Source: a virus
Length of the DNA stretch: 64,000 nucleotides
Virus record (IMG/VR): IMGVR_UViG_3300045988_138996
Location: 64,001-128,000 of that record
Direction: 5' to 3' (one strand)
In this document: piece by piece, positions 35,436 to 47,600 of the stretch
How positions within the stretch are numbered: the stretch's first letter is position 1
Layout of the letters: every line of letters starts with the position of its first letter
The notes under the pieces: generated by a model
The model's input: the letters and a program-made list of their open reading frames with translations, nothing else
Databases searched by the model: none
Told to the model about the DNA's origin: nothing
Position numbers and translations under genes: made by a program

Positions 35436-35446
35436 AAGGACAACAT

Positions 35447-38400
35447 ATGGTAGATTACTTAAAAAATGGCAGTGATAATGATTCTGCCTTCGAAGGTATA
35501 TCTAATCTAGTTGATGCAGCAGCGGTCGCCGGCACTATTGTCGGCACCGCTTTTTTGCTATCTAGAACAAAACAAGGTGCAAAATTTTTATCGGAAGTCG
35601 ATCCGATTATCGGTAAGATGTCTGATCGTATTGCTAGTATTAGCGCAGACGGTAGTAATCGTTTATCGATTAGCGAATCTATTCGTGGCATATCTCATAT
35701 CGATCAGTTTAGAAAAATAGACGAAGCATTTGCTATTAATAATACGAGCAACGTAGGTTTATTTCGTAATCTTGCCGATGCAGCTTACGATGCTGCCGAT
35801 TGGGAAGAGCGTGAACTAGGTCGACAATATCAAGCTAAAATATTTGGAGATATTGGCGACGCATTAAAAACACAAGGTATTCAAGACGGACAAGTGCAAT
35901 CTCTTATGGAGTTTGTTAGTAGTCGTTCTACATCGACAGTCATCGATAAAAATTCTGGTAAATTACAAGAAAGTTTTATTGCCGACGTTGAAAATCATTG
36001 GCATGATTTCTTAGAAGAAAAAGATGCTAAATTTAATGAGACAGTCGATCAGTCTATTCAAGCCTTACAAAATATTTCTAATCAGACATTCGACACGTTT
36101 AGTGATTTTAAATCATTAGATGAAAATATTATAAGAGCTCGTGAAGCACGTCAAGATTTTATTCAAGAAATTAATAGAAGTGCTCAAGAGGCATTAAAAA
36201 AACAAAAGAATGATATTACGTATCATACGATTGGTGACGTATTAGATAAAGATGAACTAAATCCAGAATTCGATTTTATTGTTCATGAAAAAGGTCAGAT
36301 GGCTCCTCTTGACGGGAGGACTGTATCCGATCGTTTATATGCACAAAATGACGATATCGTTACGCAAACTCTTGATACGATTAGACAATTAAGCGCTACA
36401 AAAGATGGTTATTATGTTGAAGGTCAAAAATTAAATACGCCTAATATTAATAAAATAATAGGTGGAGCTAAAGATTTATGGCACGAGACATTACCATACG
36501 CATTATCACATGCTGCAGATTTTAAAAATGTCGACAACTTAAAAGTCGAATATTTAAATAAATATGACTTTAAAGGCGTATTGGGCGACATCGTCGGCAA
36601 AGATAGTATCGTTCAAAGAATTGGCAATCGATTGTTTGAATTAAAATCTGACGGTACTCGTAATGAATTAGATACGAGTGATATGCGTTTTGTTCATGAA
36701 GATTCGTATGTCATTAAAACATCTAAAGACTTTTCTAATTATGGAAAAGTTAATTTTGATAATGGCAAGCAAAGAATCTTTGGAGAGACAAGTCGTAAAC
36801 GTACGTCTGATGTTTGGGGTAATAACTATCATACATATCTAAATAAAGATATAAACGAAATTGCAAATCATCCTGAAGAAAAAGCGATGATGGGTATTCG
36901 TAATCATAGTTTTAAACGTAGTATCGATTCATTAGATATTAAAGTAAAGCTAGACGATAAACTTCGATCTGAATTACTAAAGGCATCTGAAGATAATCCT
37001 GAATTAAGATATAAAATAGAAAGTATGCTCGATGTTATCGACGCTAAAACAGAGTCAGAAAAACGTAGAGTATTAAGGGATATCTCGACAGAAGGTACTA
37101 AATCATCTGAATTTCAACGGTTACAATCAGCAGCTATTCGTGGCCGTTCTATTAAACCTAAACTAATCGATGATTCTACATCTATTACACAAAAAACATT
37201 ATATGCTAAATTAAATAAATCACAGTCTATTGATGAAGCAGCTATTAATGAAATAATGGCATCACTTCCTGCTGATAGAGATAAAGCATTAGCATTTATT
37301 AATAAATTAAATGTACCAGAAACTGTTAAGTTAAATTTAAGAGATCGATATAATGTCGAACAGTTAAAAATTAGAACTAACTTAAATGAAATTACTGGCG
37401 AAAATCATGTCGATGCAACTGGTAAAGATTTAAGTATTGAAGACGCCAAGAGGATTCAGAATGAAATCGTAAGCAATCCTGAATTACAAAGAACATTAAA
37501 TCGTTATTTAGGATCAGGTAAAGATTATAAAGCTCGTTATGAATCTAAAAAAAGTTCATCTCGCTTAATAGCAATTAATAAAGGATTTGACTTAAAAGGT
37601 ATTATGTCAGACCTAAATAAGATGAACTATAATGGCATTAATAATCGTATAGGTCAAGGTCTTCGAGGTATGTTTTCCAATACAAACCTCGATCATTTTG
37701 CGTTTAGTTCTATCTTTGATAATAATGTAAACTTGCCGACAGCAAAACATCATGGACGTGATTTATCGATTGGTGGCAGCTTATTATATAAGATGCCAGA
37801 ACGTCTTAATGAAGGCTTAAATAATGGCTTCATAGACCAAGCTCTTGGTTTTGTTCATCCAATATTTGGCGAACGATTATCAGCTTATTTTAAAACCGGA
37901 TTAAGTCTTGGTTTTCATGAAGGCGATACGAGAAGTTTTGCGCAATTAAGTTATAACTTATTATTTAAACGTGTATTACCAGCATCAATTGCGTTAACTC
38001 AATTAGATTGGGCTAACGATACATTCGGAATTAATAAAAACTTCCAAATTGGCTTAGCTAATATGGATTTAGGTTTTAGAAAATTCACGGATGCTACCGG
38101 CTTAACAGATGTATTTAAGTTAGCTAAAATGGCTAACCCTGCCGCTCAATATATTAGTGGTGATTATCGTCCTTATCAGTCTTATGAAGAACGTTTAGAT
38201 TATTATCAAAACGGTAAGGATCCTATTAGATCTGGACGTTATTGGGTATGGGGTTCTTCAAATGAATTTCGTGGTTCTAGTATTTCATATTGGGAAGATA
38301 ATAGTTTAAAATTAGCACAATCTGATTATTATAATAAATCAGTATATGGTGGCTATTGGTCTAAATGGGCACATAGTCCTATTCCGACATTAACAAATCC

Positions 38401-41400
38401 TTTCTCTCCATTAGTATATGCTTTTAACCCATACTGGTTAGAAGAAAAACATATGGAGGATCGCCCATATCCATTATCAGCTCCTTTATTTGAACAAGGT
38501 ACATTACAAAGTTTAGTATTAAATCCAACGCTTGGCGAAATTATTAAACCACAACGTCGTTATCATGAAGATCGTATGTGGTTTGGTAAAGACGTTAAAG
38601 CTATTATGTACCAAATGAATCAGAAAATTCAACAAACTGCCGATGAAGATAGTCGTTATATTATTTTCCAAAATGGTCGTTTGGGCGTATATGATTTTAG
38701 AGCATTTGGTCATCCGACAGATACAGAATATGTACAAGGTCAAGAACAAGAATATACTGGACAAGCTCCGGCGTTTGCATCGGCTAGAGATTATTCTAAT
38801 TATATTAATAGTGATGGTACGATAGATGCATCGGCATATGCTAGTTTGCAACCAATTTCTCCTGGTGCAGGTGCTGCCGTATCAGCAATGAATAGTGCTA
38901 TTCAATCAGGTAGTTCTCCTTATACGAATGCTTCGGGTATGTATATTCAACAACGTATACGTCGTACACGAAGCAATAAAGGCACTGTTCAAGAGATGCT
39001 CGATAATGCCGACATGTATAATAACTTGATGAATTCGAGTGGTGGTCGTAGTTATCTCGATGAATTAATGACGACATCTCGTTTGTTAACTGGTATTTAT
39101 GGTTATGCAGCATCATCAGTATTTGGTCGAGATGAATCTAAGTTTATTGCCGATGCTGGCGATATTAATTCGTTTACTCGGAGATTCTGGGATTCTGGTA
39201 TCGGCGGTGTCGGCGGTGAACAAATGGAAATTATTCGTCGTTTCTTGCCAGAATATTCAAGACGACGTCGTATTAATCCATTAATGAATAAAATGGCTGA
39301 AGACCATCCATGGCTTCCAGAAAAATTCTATACAGGTGATCCTTTTAGTTCCTTACCTATGGGTGAAGCTCGTTTACCTGGTGAAGGTTATGAAGCTATT
39401 AATCAATTACATCCAGATCAGTTTGCTTCCGATGGATATGGTGCTATCGATCGTTATAAAATATTAGCCGATATTGCTCCGAATAGTGCTGAGTATAAAT
39501 ACTGGAAACAAATCGTCAAGATGATGAATAATGACGAGGCGAAGAAAGTATTAAAAGATACCGAAGAAATGGTTAAACATCAAGGAAAGAAACATGATTT
39601 CTTTGATTATAAATTCTTAGGCAAAACTACGACAGCTCTCGATGGACATATCGAACAAATATTATCGAACGGTAAATTTAAGTTAGCAGGCGACGATAAT
39701 TTATATCAAATTGCCGGCATTAAATTTAAAGATAATGGTTATATGTCTAAGAATCAGTTAAAACAAGTATTAACTGAAGGTTCTCATGTAACGTTACGTA
39801 TTGACGATGAAGAGCATAATCCAGATATTAATGCACCGCAAGCTCCTAGAAAAGCTGCCGTATTTTTAGATGGTGAAAATATTTCAGATACATTACGGCA
39901 AGTTGGTTTAGCTGATTATGATATGGAAGATACTTCAGCAGCAGGTGCTTATGCGAACTATGGATTAGTCGGAAGATTATTTGGTACGGCTGCCGAAATC
40001 ATAGCGCATGCTCCAATTCCGATTATTCACTCACAATTGATGCGTGTTAATAGCCCATTAGAAGAATATCGCTCCGATCAATTATATGGTACAGGATTTC
40101 AATCTTGGGATAGTATGTTAGCTTCATTTATATATCCGACATTCGAACAAGCTAAAACAGATTTTATGCGAGATGTAATATCTGATTCATTGTGGCGATT
40201 CTATAAAGGATATGAATCTGGCGCTTTAACAGAAAATATTAGTAAGCGTTCGACAACGATATTAAAAACTATTGCGACGTATAGTAATGGCACTGCCTTA
40301 GCAGGGGAAATTGCTGGACGTTTTACATTTACTGGCGCTAATTCATCGACTCGTCGTGATCAACTTGCTAATGCAGGTCGACATATCGGTAATATCTATT
40401 CGATGGTAACTTCACTTCAAGATCCTATGTATGCTGCTTATGCATGGGGACGAATGGGCTGGGATTCTTCTAAAGTATATGATTTATGGAAAGATGTCGG
40501 AAATGTAAATTTCGATTCTGTTCTCGATTATGCTGAGCATATGAATATACTTAAACCAGCAAAACTATTAAGTGAAGAATCAGGTGTAGCAGTCGATGTA
40601 ATTCAAGCTGCTCGTAAATTTAAATTAGGACGTATTTCTCAGGCAATAGCATTTGCTGCTGCCGGTACGGCTTTAGCTGTCGGTGAAGATAATCCGCTTA
40701 CTCGATTATTCGGTAAAGAATCTCATGTATATACTCCTGACACAGTAAAAGAACGTTGGGATACTGAAGATTATTTCGATAGATTACGTTATATTAAATA
40801 TATGGCATTATACGAAGCAGCTAAAGAAAAAGCCAAATCAGAAGAAGGCGTCGATGTCGATAAATTATATAAACATCAAGAAACTCTTCGTGCCGAGATG
40901 AATGGTGATGTAAGCATAACCGATATGATGTCGGCAATTCTTACATCTGGTAAACCTGCCGATGATCCGATAGCTCAATGGGTTCAAAAAACATTCGGTC
41001 GTTTAAGCGACGATATGACGACATTAGTAGCTGGCAAATATACTGAACAAGCGATTATGTTCCATCAAGTTGCAGAGTCAACTGTATATGCTTTAAATAA
41101 AGATAGCGAATATTCTGATATTATTCGTGCTTTACCAAATACGGAAAAAGAATATTTCGTAGAATTTGCTAAAGTTACAGACGAACGTCGTCGTAGAGAA
41201 ATTCTTAGAAACGTATCGCCATCATTAGCAAAAGCTTTAAAGCTTGTTTGGTATCAAGAAGATACAGATACAGAATCGAACGAATCATTCTTTGAACGTC
41301 ATAATTTGCCAGATCCATTATGGGCTGGTTGGGATGCGTCTACTAATTTAGATAATATTAAAGCAAAAGTTATTTATAACGAAGGTATGCAATATGCCGA

Positions 41401-41650
41401 CTACGGTATTTATTCTTCTTCATACGAAGATCCTGAAGTTATAAATGCTCCGAATATAGATAATATTCATGACGGTAGTAATCCGTTATCAGTTCGTGTA
41501 AATTTAAATACTGTATTAAGTGGTATTGGTTTAACAGATAAACGTATTCAAGTTAATCCAACACAAGATGAAGGTGTCATCGATGTTGTATCTAATGTCA
41601 CTGCAGTATTAGGATATAAAATAGAAAAAGCACTTTCAATTTTTAGTTAA
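35447..41650 (+). CDS. giant tail-module protein 1 (2067 aa; tape-measure candidate by position)
   Basis: An uninterrupted 6.2-kb ORF directly after the chaperone-position genes. N-terminal hydrophobic segment AAAVAGTIVGTAFLL and a later AIAFAAAGTALAVG. No enzymatic motif recognised. Confidence 0.45.
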   Translation: MVDYLKNGSDNDSAFEGISNLVDAAAVAGTIVGTAFLLSRTKQGAKFLSEVDPIIGKMSDRIASISADGSNRLSISESIRGISHIDQFRKIDEAFAINNTSNVGLFRNLADAAYDAADWEERELGRQYQAKIFGDIGDALKTQGIQDGQVQSLMEFVSSRSTSTVIDKNSGKLQESFIADVENHWHDFLEEKDAKFNETVDQSIQALQNISNQTFDTFSDFKSLDENIIRAREARQDFIQEINRSAQEALKKQKNDITYHTIGDVLDKDELNPEFDFIVHEKGQMAPLDGRTVSDRLYAQNDDIVTQTLDTIRQLSATKDGYYVEGQKLNTPNINKIIGGAKDLWHETLPYALSHAADFKNVDNLKVEYLNKYDFKGVLGDIVGKDSIVQRIGNRLFELKSDGTRNELDTSDMRFVHEDSYVIKTSKDFSNYGKVNFDNGKQRIFGETSRKRTSDVWGNNYHTYLNKDINEIANHPEEKAMMGIRNHSFKRSIDSLDIKVKLDDKLRSELLKASEDNPELRYKIESMLDVIDAKTESEKRRVLRDISTEGTKSSEFQRLQSAAIRGRSIKPKLIDDSTSITQKTLYAKLNKSQSIDEAAINEIMASLPADRDKALAFINKLNVPETVKLNLRDRYNVEQLKIRTNLNEITGENHVDATGKDLSIEDAKRIQNEIVSNPELQRTLNRYLGSGKDYKARYESKKSSSRLIAINKGFDLKGIMSDLNKMNYNGINNRIGQGLRGMFSNTNLDHFAFSSIFDNNVNLPTAKHHGRDLSIGGSLLYKMPERLNEGLNNGFIDQALGFVHPIFGERLSAYFKTGLSLGFHEGDTRSFAQLSYNLLFKRVLPASIALTQLDWANDTFGINKNFQIGLANMDLGFRKFTDATGLTDVFKLAKMANPAAQYISGDYRPYQSYEERLDYYQNGKDPIRSGRYWVWGSSNEFRGSSISYWEDNSLKLAQSDYYNKSVYGGYWSKWAHSPIPTLTNPFSPLVYAFNPYWLEEKHMEDRPYPLSAPLFEQGTLQSLVLNPTLGEIIKPQRRYHEDRMWFGKDVKAIMYQMNQKIQQTADEDSRYIIFQNGRLGVYDFRAFGHPTDTEYVQGQEQEYTGQAPAFASARDYSNYINSDGTIDASAYASLQPISPGAGAAVSAMNSAIQSGSSPYTNASGMYIQQRIRRTRSNKGTVQEMLDNADMYNNLMNSSGGRSYLDELMTTSRLLTGIYGYAASSVFGRDESKFIADAGDINSFTRRFWDSGIGGVGGEQMEIIRRFLPEYSRRRRINPLMNKMAEDHPWLPEKFYTGDPFSSLPMGEARLPGEGYEAINQLHPDQFASDGYGAIDRYKILADIAPNSAEYKYWKQIVKMMNNDEAKKVLKDTEEMVKHQGKKHDFFDYKFLGKTTTALDGHIEQILSNGKFKLAGDDNLYQIAGIKFKDNGYMSKNQLKQVLTEGSHVTLRIDDEEHNPDINAPQAPRKAAVFLDGENISDTLRQVGLADYDMEDTSAAGAYANYGLVGRLFGTAAEIIAHAPIPIIHSQLMRVNSPLEEYRSDQLYGTGFQSWDSMLASFIYPTFEQAKTDFMRDVISDSLWRFYKGYESGALTENISKRSTTILKTIATYSNGTALAGEIAGRFTFTGANSSTRRDQLANAGRHIGNIYSMVTSLQDPMYAAYAWGRMGWDSSKVYDLWKDVGNVNFDSVLDYAEHMNILKPAKLLSEESGVAVDVIQAARKFKLGRISQAIAFAAAGTALAVGEDNPLTRLFGKESHVYTPDTVKERWDTEDYFDRLRYIKYMALYEAAKEKAKSEEGVDVDKLYKHQETLRAEMNGDVSITDMMSAILTSGKPADDPIAQWVQKTFGRLSDDMTTLVAGKYTEQAIMFHQVAESTVYALNKDSEYSDIIRALPNTEKEYFVEFAKVTDERRRREILRNVSPSLAKALKLVWYQEDTDTESNESFFERHNLPDPLWAGWDASTNLDNIKAKVIYNEGMQYADYGIYSSSYEDPEVINAPNIDNIHDGSNPLSVRVNLNTVLSGIGLTDKRIQVNPTQDEGVIDVVSNVTAVLGYKIEKALSIFS

Positions 41651-41667
41651 TAAGTTAAGAGGTAACA

Positions 41668-44600
41668 ATGGCTTACGATAGTTTTATTATAAATTCGGCA
41701 TATAAACAAAGATCGTTTACGATGGCTGGATTTGATACGCTTTCTTCGTTAAATACGATGTTAAGCAACGTTCGTCTCGAAAGACGAAAGCATACCGAAT
41801 TACTTTTAAACACTACGACAACTATGCCAGTTGCCCTTAACGGTATGGCTAATAAAGAATATGTATTAGACGACAAAGCATATATTTTTGATATCGAAAC
41901 ATTGCCATCTATTAAAGTAGGCAATGAACAAATACCTGATATTATGTGGCAGTATACGGCTCGCCGTGAAGGTGAAACATATAATATGTTCTCTGGTATC
42001 GATGAAAAAGCAGAAACGGCTTATCGTAATTTATTTTTAAAACCAGATTTTAAATATGAAGAATTAAGCCGAAGTGAAAAGGTAGTTGCCGATACGTTAG
42101 CTCGTATCGGTAAAAACTACCGTGAAGGTTCCGGTAGTATTCCTGAAGCATTATCTCCATTAGGATATAAAGATTATGCCGACATGAAAAAATATCAAGA
42201 GCTAATCGAAAACGGTATTAATGCATTATCTAAAGAAGGCGATGCTACTCATTTAATAGCTAAAGAAATTGTCGATCATATTCATAAAGATACGACTCTC
42301 GTTACTTACAACGGTAAAGCATTTGACGTTAATATGACATCGCAACAAATAGCTCGTGATACCGGCATCGATAAAAAAGTTCGTGGTCTTGCTATTAATA
42401 AACTAAGTAAGGCTAATCATTATGATCCGTATCGAGAAATTCGTACGGCATATCAATTAAATCCACAATCAATGAAAGAAGCATATCGAGAACATATTCT
42501 TGGTAGCGATATTGCTAAAGAACGATTAATCGGCGAATTTACTGGTTGGTCTAACAAACAAACAAGCTTTGGTTTGGCAGTTGGTCTTGATGTTAATGCT
42601 GCGCATAGTGCTATCGAGGATACTGGCGTATTCGAAAATTTAATGAAAAATGCTGGCTTTAGAGCATTTATGGCTAAAGCTATCGAGATTAATAATTCAC
42701 CAAAGAATAAAGTTCAGTATAAAGTAAGTGCTGGTGCCACAATATTCAATACATCTTCATTGTGGAATCGTGATCGCGGCATTTTAATGTTTCAACAATC
42801 AGAAGATGGCGGTTATGAATTTCCACAATTTTCTGCTCGTGCTAATGATAACGGTGTTTTTACTGCTTATAATAATGCTCCGATTGTAACTAATTCTGCA
42901 TATAATGTAAAATTTGTCGGTCAACTTGATCGTAATGATTCTTCTCTCGGAGCTTTTGCTTATGAGCATGCAAATGAACTAGGCTTAAAAGGTAATGATG
43001 ATATTCATTATATTGCATTAGAAGAAGCAAGCGGACGTGGTCCTGTTCGTTATATTATGGGTTCTAAAAAAGTATTAGAAGATACGTTAACCGACAGCTT
43101 TAGAGTATTAAGCAACACCTCAGCAAATGGTGAAACGACATATAACTTTGAGCAAATTGTATCGGCTGCCAATTCTTTAGGCATCCCGATGGGACGACCT
43201 GACAATACGATGGATAAAGTTATAGCTGCATCAGCTAAACGTCAATCGTCTGCTAATGCTTGGGACAAAATTGAATCTGGAGCTTTTAATCGTGAAGCAT
43301 ATGTAACTGGCCCGTTAATTAAAAACTTTGCAGAAAATGAACGAGGCATGGCCCTTAATATTTTAGGCGATGCATTAGAACTTGGTACCGACGTAGCGAC
43401 TGCAGCTTCAGCTCGTAAAGCTGGAGATACTGGCGGTATTATTACCGACGACTTTATGAAACGTACCGAACAATTGTTCGGTATTGCTAAACAACATTAT
43501 GGTATCGATTCTAATGATCCTAAGAGTAAGATGTTCTCTGTTGCCGGCGTTCAAAAAATTATTGAAAATATTAATAATGAAGATGTATTATCTATGGTTA
43601 ATATGGTACAGACAGAAGCAGCTGCTCTTCCTGGCGTAAAAGATTATCACAAAACTGTAGCTATGAATTTATTAGCCAAAGAATATCATAAAGTATATGA
43701 TGAATTGCATCCAGAATATGGATACCGTGCATCGATATCTGATAAGATGTTAGATGGTATATCTAAAGATATGCATTTATCTGGTGGCGCTTTTTCATTT
43801 GATGTTCGACAAGAAAATGCTGAGAAGTCTATCGGTTCTATTAAGAATACGATGAAAAGATTACTCACACGACCTGGTCGTGAATCTGTTTCTCGCTCTG
43901 ATTATGTTAAAGGTTATTCTGTATTAGTTAAAAATATTTTCGGAGCGAAGAGTAGACAAGCTCAAGGCTTCGAAAATTTAGTCGAACGTCAAGGTTCTGA
44001 TATGACAGATTTTGCAGAATACATTTTTAGAAATGTACAGCAATTGCGAATCGATACATATCGAGACGGCAAGAAACATCATGAGATGTTTAGAACAAGT
44101 TCGACACCAAGCAAAGATGTTTCTTTGTTTAAAGATGACGACGAATTAGTTAATCGTTTACGTGCCAGCGTTATAAAGAATCTAAAAGCACTGTCTTCGA
44201 CGCCAGAAGATTCTGTTAATAGTATATATAACTATTTAATGGGTAATATTACTCGTAAAGATTTCGATATCTTTTCTAATCGTAATAATTATGCTGGTGC
44301 ATTATATGATCAAGTTTCTGATCATATGAAATCATTTGCTAATCAATTAGAATTCTTGGCTCATCAAAATCAACAAGATATTTTAATTAAAGATGGCAGA
44401 CTTATGATGGGCAAGGGGAATACATTCCGTGATATCACAGGAAATATTCCTTTACTAAAAAGATTAGATAGTGTTCCAGTTCTTGCCTTTGGCAATACTA
44501 ATATTGCTATTAATCCGATATTAAATGTTGTTGAGGGCGCTAAACCAAATGAAAAATTTGTGCAAATTGGTATCAAAGGCTTATCTACATATGATCATTT

Positions 44601-47600
44601 AGAAAATAGTGTTAAGTATACACTAGAAAATAATAAAAATCTTGGACAAATGTCACCTGTCGAAGCACTATTCGAAACATTAAGTCGATTAAAAAAAGAT
44701 TTAAATATTACATACTCTAAAGAACCAATCGAAGGAAAAACTCCGGCATTATTGCAAGGGTATGGCGGCGTATTAGATTCTTCATTCCAATTAGACACGT
44801 CTGGTATAAAAGAAGATTTTAAATTTTTATATCAATCTGGTTATTTAACAGATGAACATATAAAAGCTTCTGGCATTGCTAGTGATTGGAATCATATTAA
44901 TTTCCAAGATAACGAATCTCTTCAAAATGAATTTATTAAAAAATACATTTATAAAGATTATAGCGGAAAAGGTTCTGTATTTAATGTCGAAAAAGGCGAA
45001 GCATATCGTGGTATCGAATCACGAAGAGCTTTAGAAAGTTTAATCTTTGCTAAAGACTCTAGTGGTATGACACCAATTGAAAATGCATTACAAAATGTTA
45101 ATAGTGCTGGTAAATTTCATGAATTACAACGTATCGGTAAAGACGAATACAAATTAAGACGTATTGATCGTAGCGGTACAGAATTTGCACAAAGTATTGA
45201 ATTAATTCCAGAAGTGGCAACACAAAAAAATGCTGTTCATAATACAATGCCAATAGCTGGTATAAAAGATAATGCATCGGGACCAAATATAAATTTTAGA
45301 GCTCGTAACGATACAGCTCGTTCTTATAATAAGTCTATGGCTAATGCTACGATGCTTACACCTGAAGATGTTAAAGATGTATTACGACAAGCAGATTTGC
45401 CAGATAATTATGAAGAAAATCATAATATATTGAATTATAAATATAATGAAACTGGCGGCAAATATGTTTTTAATGGTACTAATGTTGTAATTAATGGACG
45501 TCTCGAAGAAGGTCAAACTGTTGCTGGTGAAAAAGAAAAAATCTTCAATATAATGAAGAAGAAAATTGAAAAGACGTATAATCGTAAAATGACGCAAGAA
45601 GAAATTGATCATTTAAAATCAATGATTGATTTGAATACATTCGATTCTTTAAACGAAGGTTCTGCTCTTATTAGAACAGGCGTAATGGATGCTCTTGCTA
45701 CAAGTAATACATCACCTGGAGGTACATCATTTAATTTAACAGAACAATCTTTAAATAAAGAATTCCTCGAAGAAAATATGCCAATATATCGAGATGTTGA
45801 TGGAACGTTACGATATAAAGATTCGCAAAAGATGACAAGTATTGGTCGGAATAAAAAGTTTAATGTATTTGCTGAATCAAATGCATATGGTGATTTACCT
45901 AAAATATCTCGAACAGAAATGTTTGGTAAAATAAACTTTTATTCTGATCATGGTACTCGTAAATTAACTAAAGAAGAAGTACAAGATATTCTCGATAAAA
46001 TTGGCACAGTCGATGCTAGTTATGATTATGAAACGTTAGTTAGAACGTTAAAAACTAATGGTGTCACTGTCATGATGGATTATAAACCTGTCGGCAGTCA
46101 AGCAACTAAGTTATTTGCCGAAAGTGATAAATTAACAGCTGCTAGTCTTAATACTAGAGTTGGTCAATATGATAAAAAACTAGCTTCGATATTTAAAAAA
46201 GCTGGCTTTGGAAAAGCCATGGAAAAACAATTAAATTGGGAATTTTTATCTAATATGATTTTATGGCATGATAAGTTAGCCGACGTATTTGAAACAAAAG
46301 ATAATAAACCTGATATCGTAAAACTTCGTGGAGAATTATCAAGACATTATGGCTCATTAGAAGCTGGTGTAAAAGCTATTCGCAAAGAGCGTGATCTTAT
46401 GGATAAGGCATTAGGCGAATATCTTGGTGTTGAACATTGGTCGACAGCTACTGGTGCTACTGAAGCAGCTAAACGTAAAGACGTATTCCGACTAACTAAT
46501 CGTGTATTAAATGACTTAATAGAAGGTCTCGATGAATCTAATCGAGGCGAAGTATTATCGAGAGTTGCTAAGACATTAAAAGAAAAAGGTACGTTTAAAT
46601 TTATCGACGATAGTAATCTTGAATATAATTTAAAAAATGGTAAAGTTGAATTTTCCGACTATTTAAAAGATATTGGCACATATGAAAATGAAACTGGCAA
46701 AATTGTAAGTAAAAACTGGGATCATGTTATTAATGATATTAAGTCTGCATTAAAAGAAGACGAAATTAAAAAAATCGATAAAGATTATCTTAACGAAAAA
46801 AATAAGTACGAAGAAAGAATAAGTTATTTACAATTTAGTAAAAACTATGTTCACCAAGCACAAGTTGCGACATTAGATTCTGTAAGTGCTGAGCAGTTAA
46901 AACGTCTTATGTTAAATAGTAAAAGTGTAGAAGACGCTGCTTTGCTATTTGATAAGAATAGTAAATATTATACTCATATTGCTGAGCGTGGCGGCATGAT
47001 TACTGTCGGTGACGATATTTTAGATGCATTTACTCATACGCGATATTCTCGACTAAAACGAAAAGAAGAACAAAAATTAGCTCATAGTAATTCGTTCGAA
47101 CCAGGATCTCTCGAAGACATTATTAATAAAGAATATGCTAGTAAGAATATTATAGCTTCTGAAGACCATATAAAAGAAGTTGCTTCTTATGAACAACAAT
47201 TAGCATTAGCTAAACGAAATGGTGTAAGTAATTCTGGCAGTCAAGCAACAGCTATGGATGAATTTGATCGAATATTAAAATCTAAAGATGGTAACGTCCA
47301 AAAAGCTGCTCTTAATGAATTAAATAACAAGATTAATATTGCCGACATTAAATTCGATGATAAAGGTAACATTATTAATGTCGGACATTTGCGTGGCAAT
47401 ATTTCTGTCGAAGATGGCAAATATCATTTTAATTATGATCTCCATTTAGGTAGAACATATGGCAACCAACAATTGAGTGATGCGCAAACAGCTTATGTAA
47501 ATCAAACAGAAGAAATGCTTCATTATATTAATGCTGGCGATTATGAAAAAGCTAGATTGGCTCAGAATAAATTAGCTGATGCTAAACAACGAGTTAACGA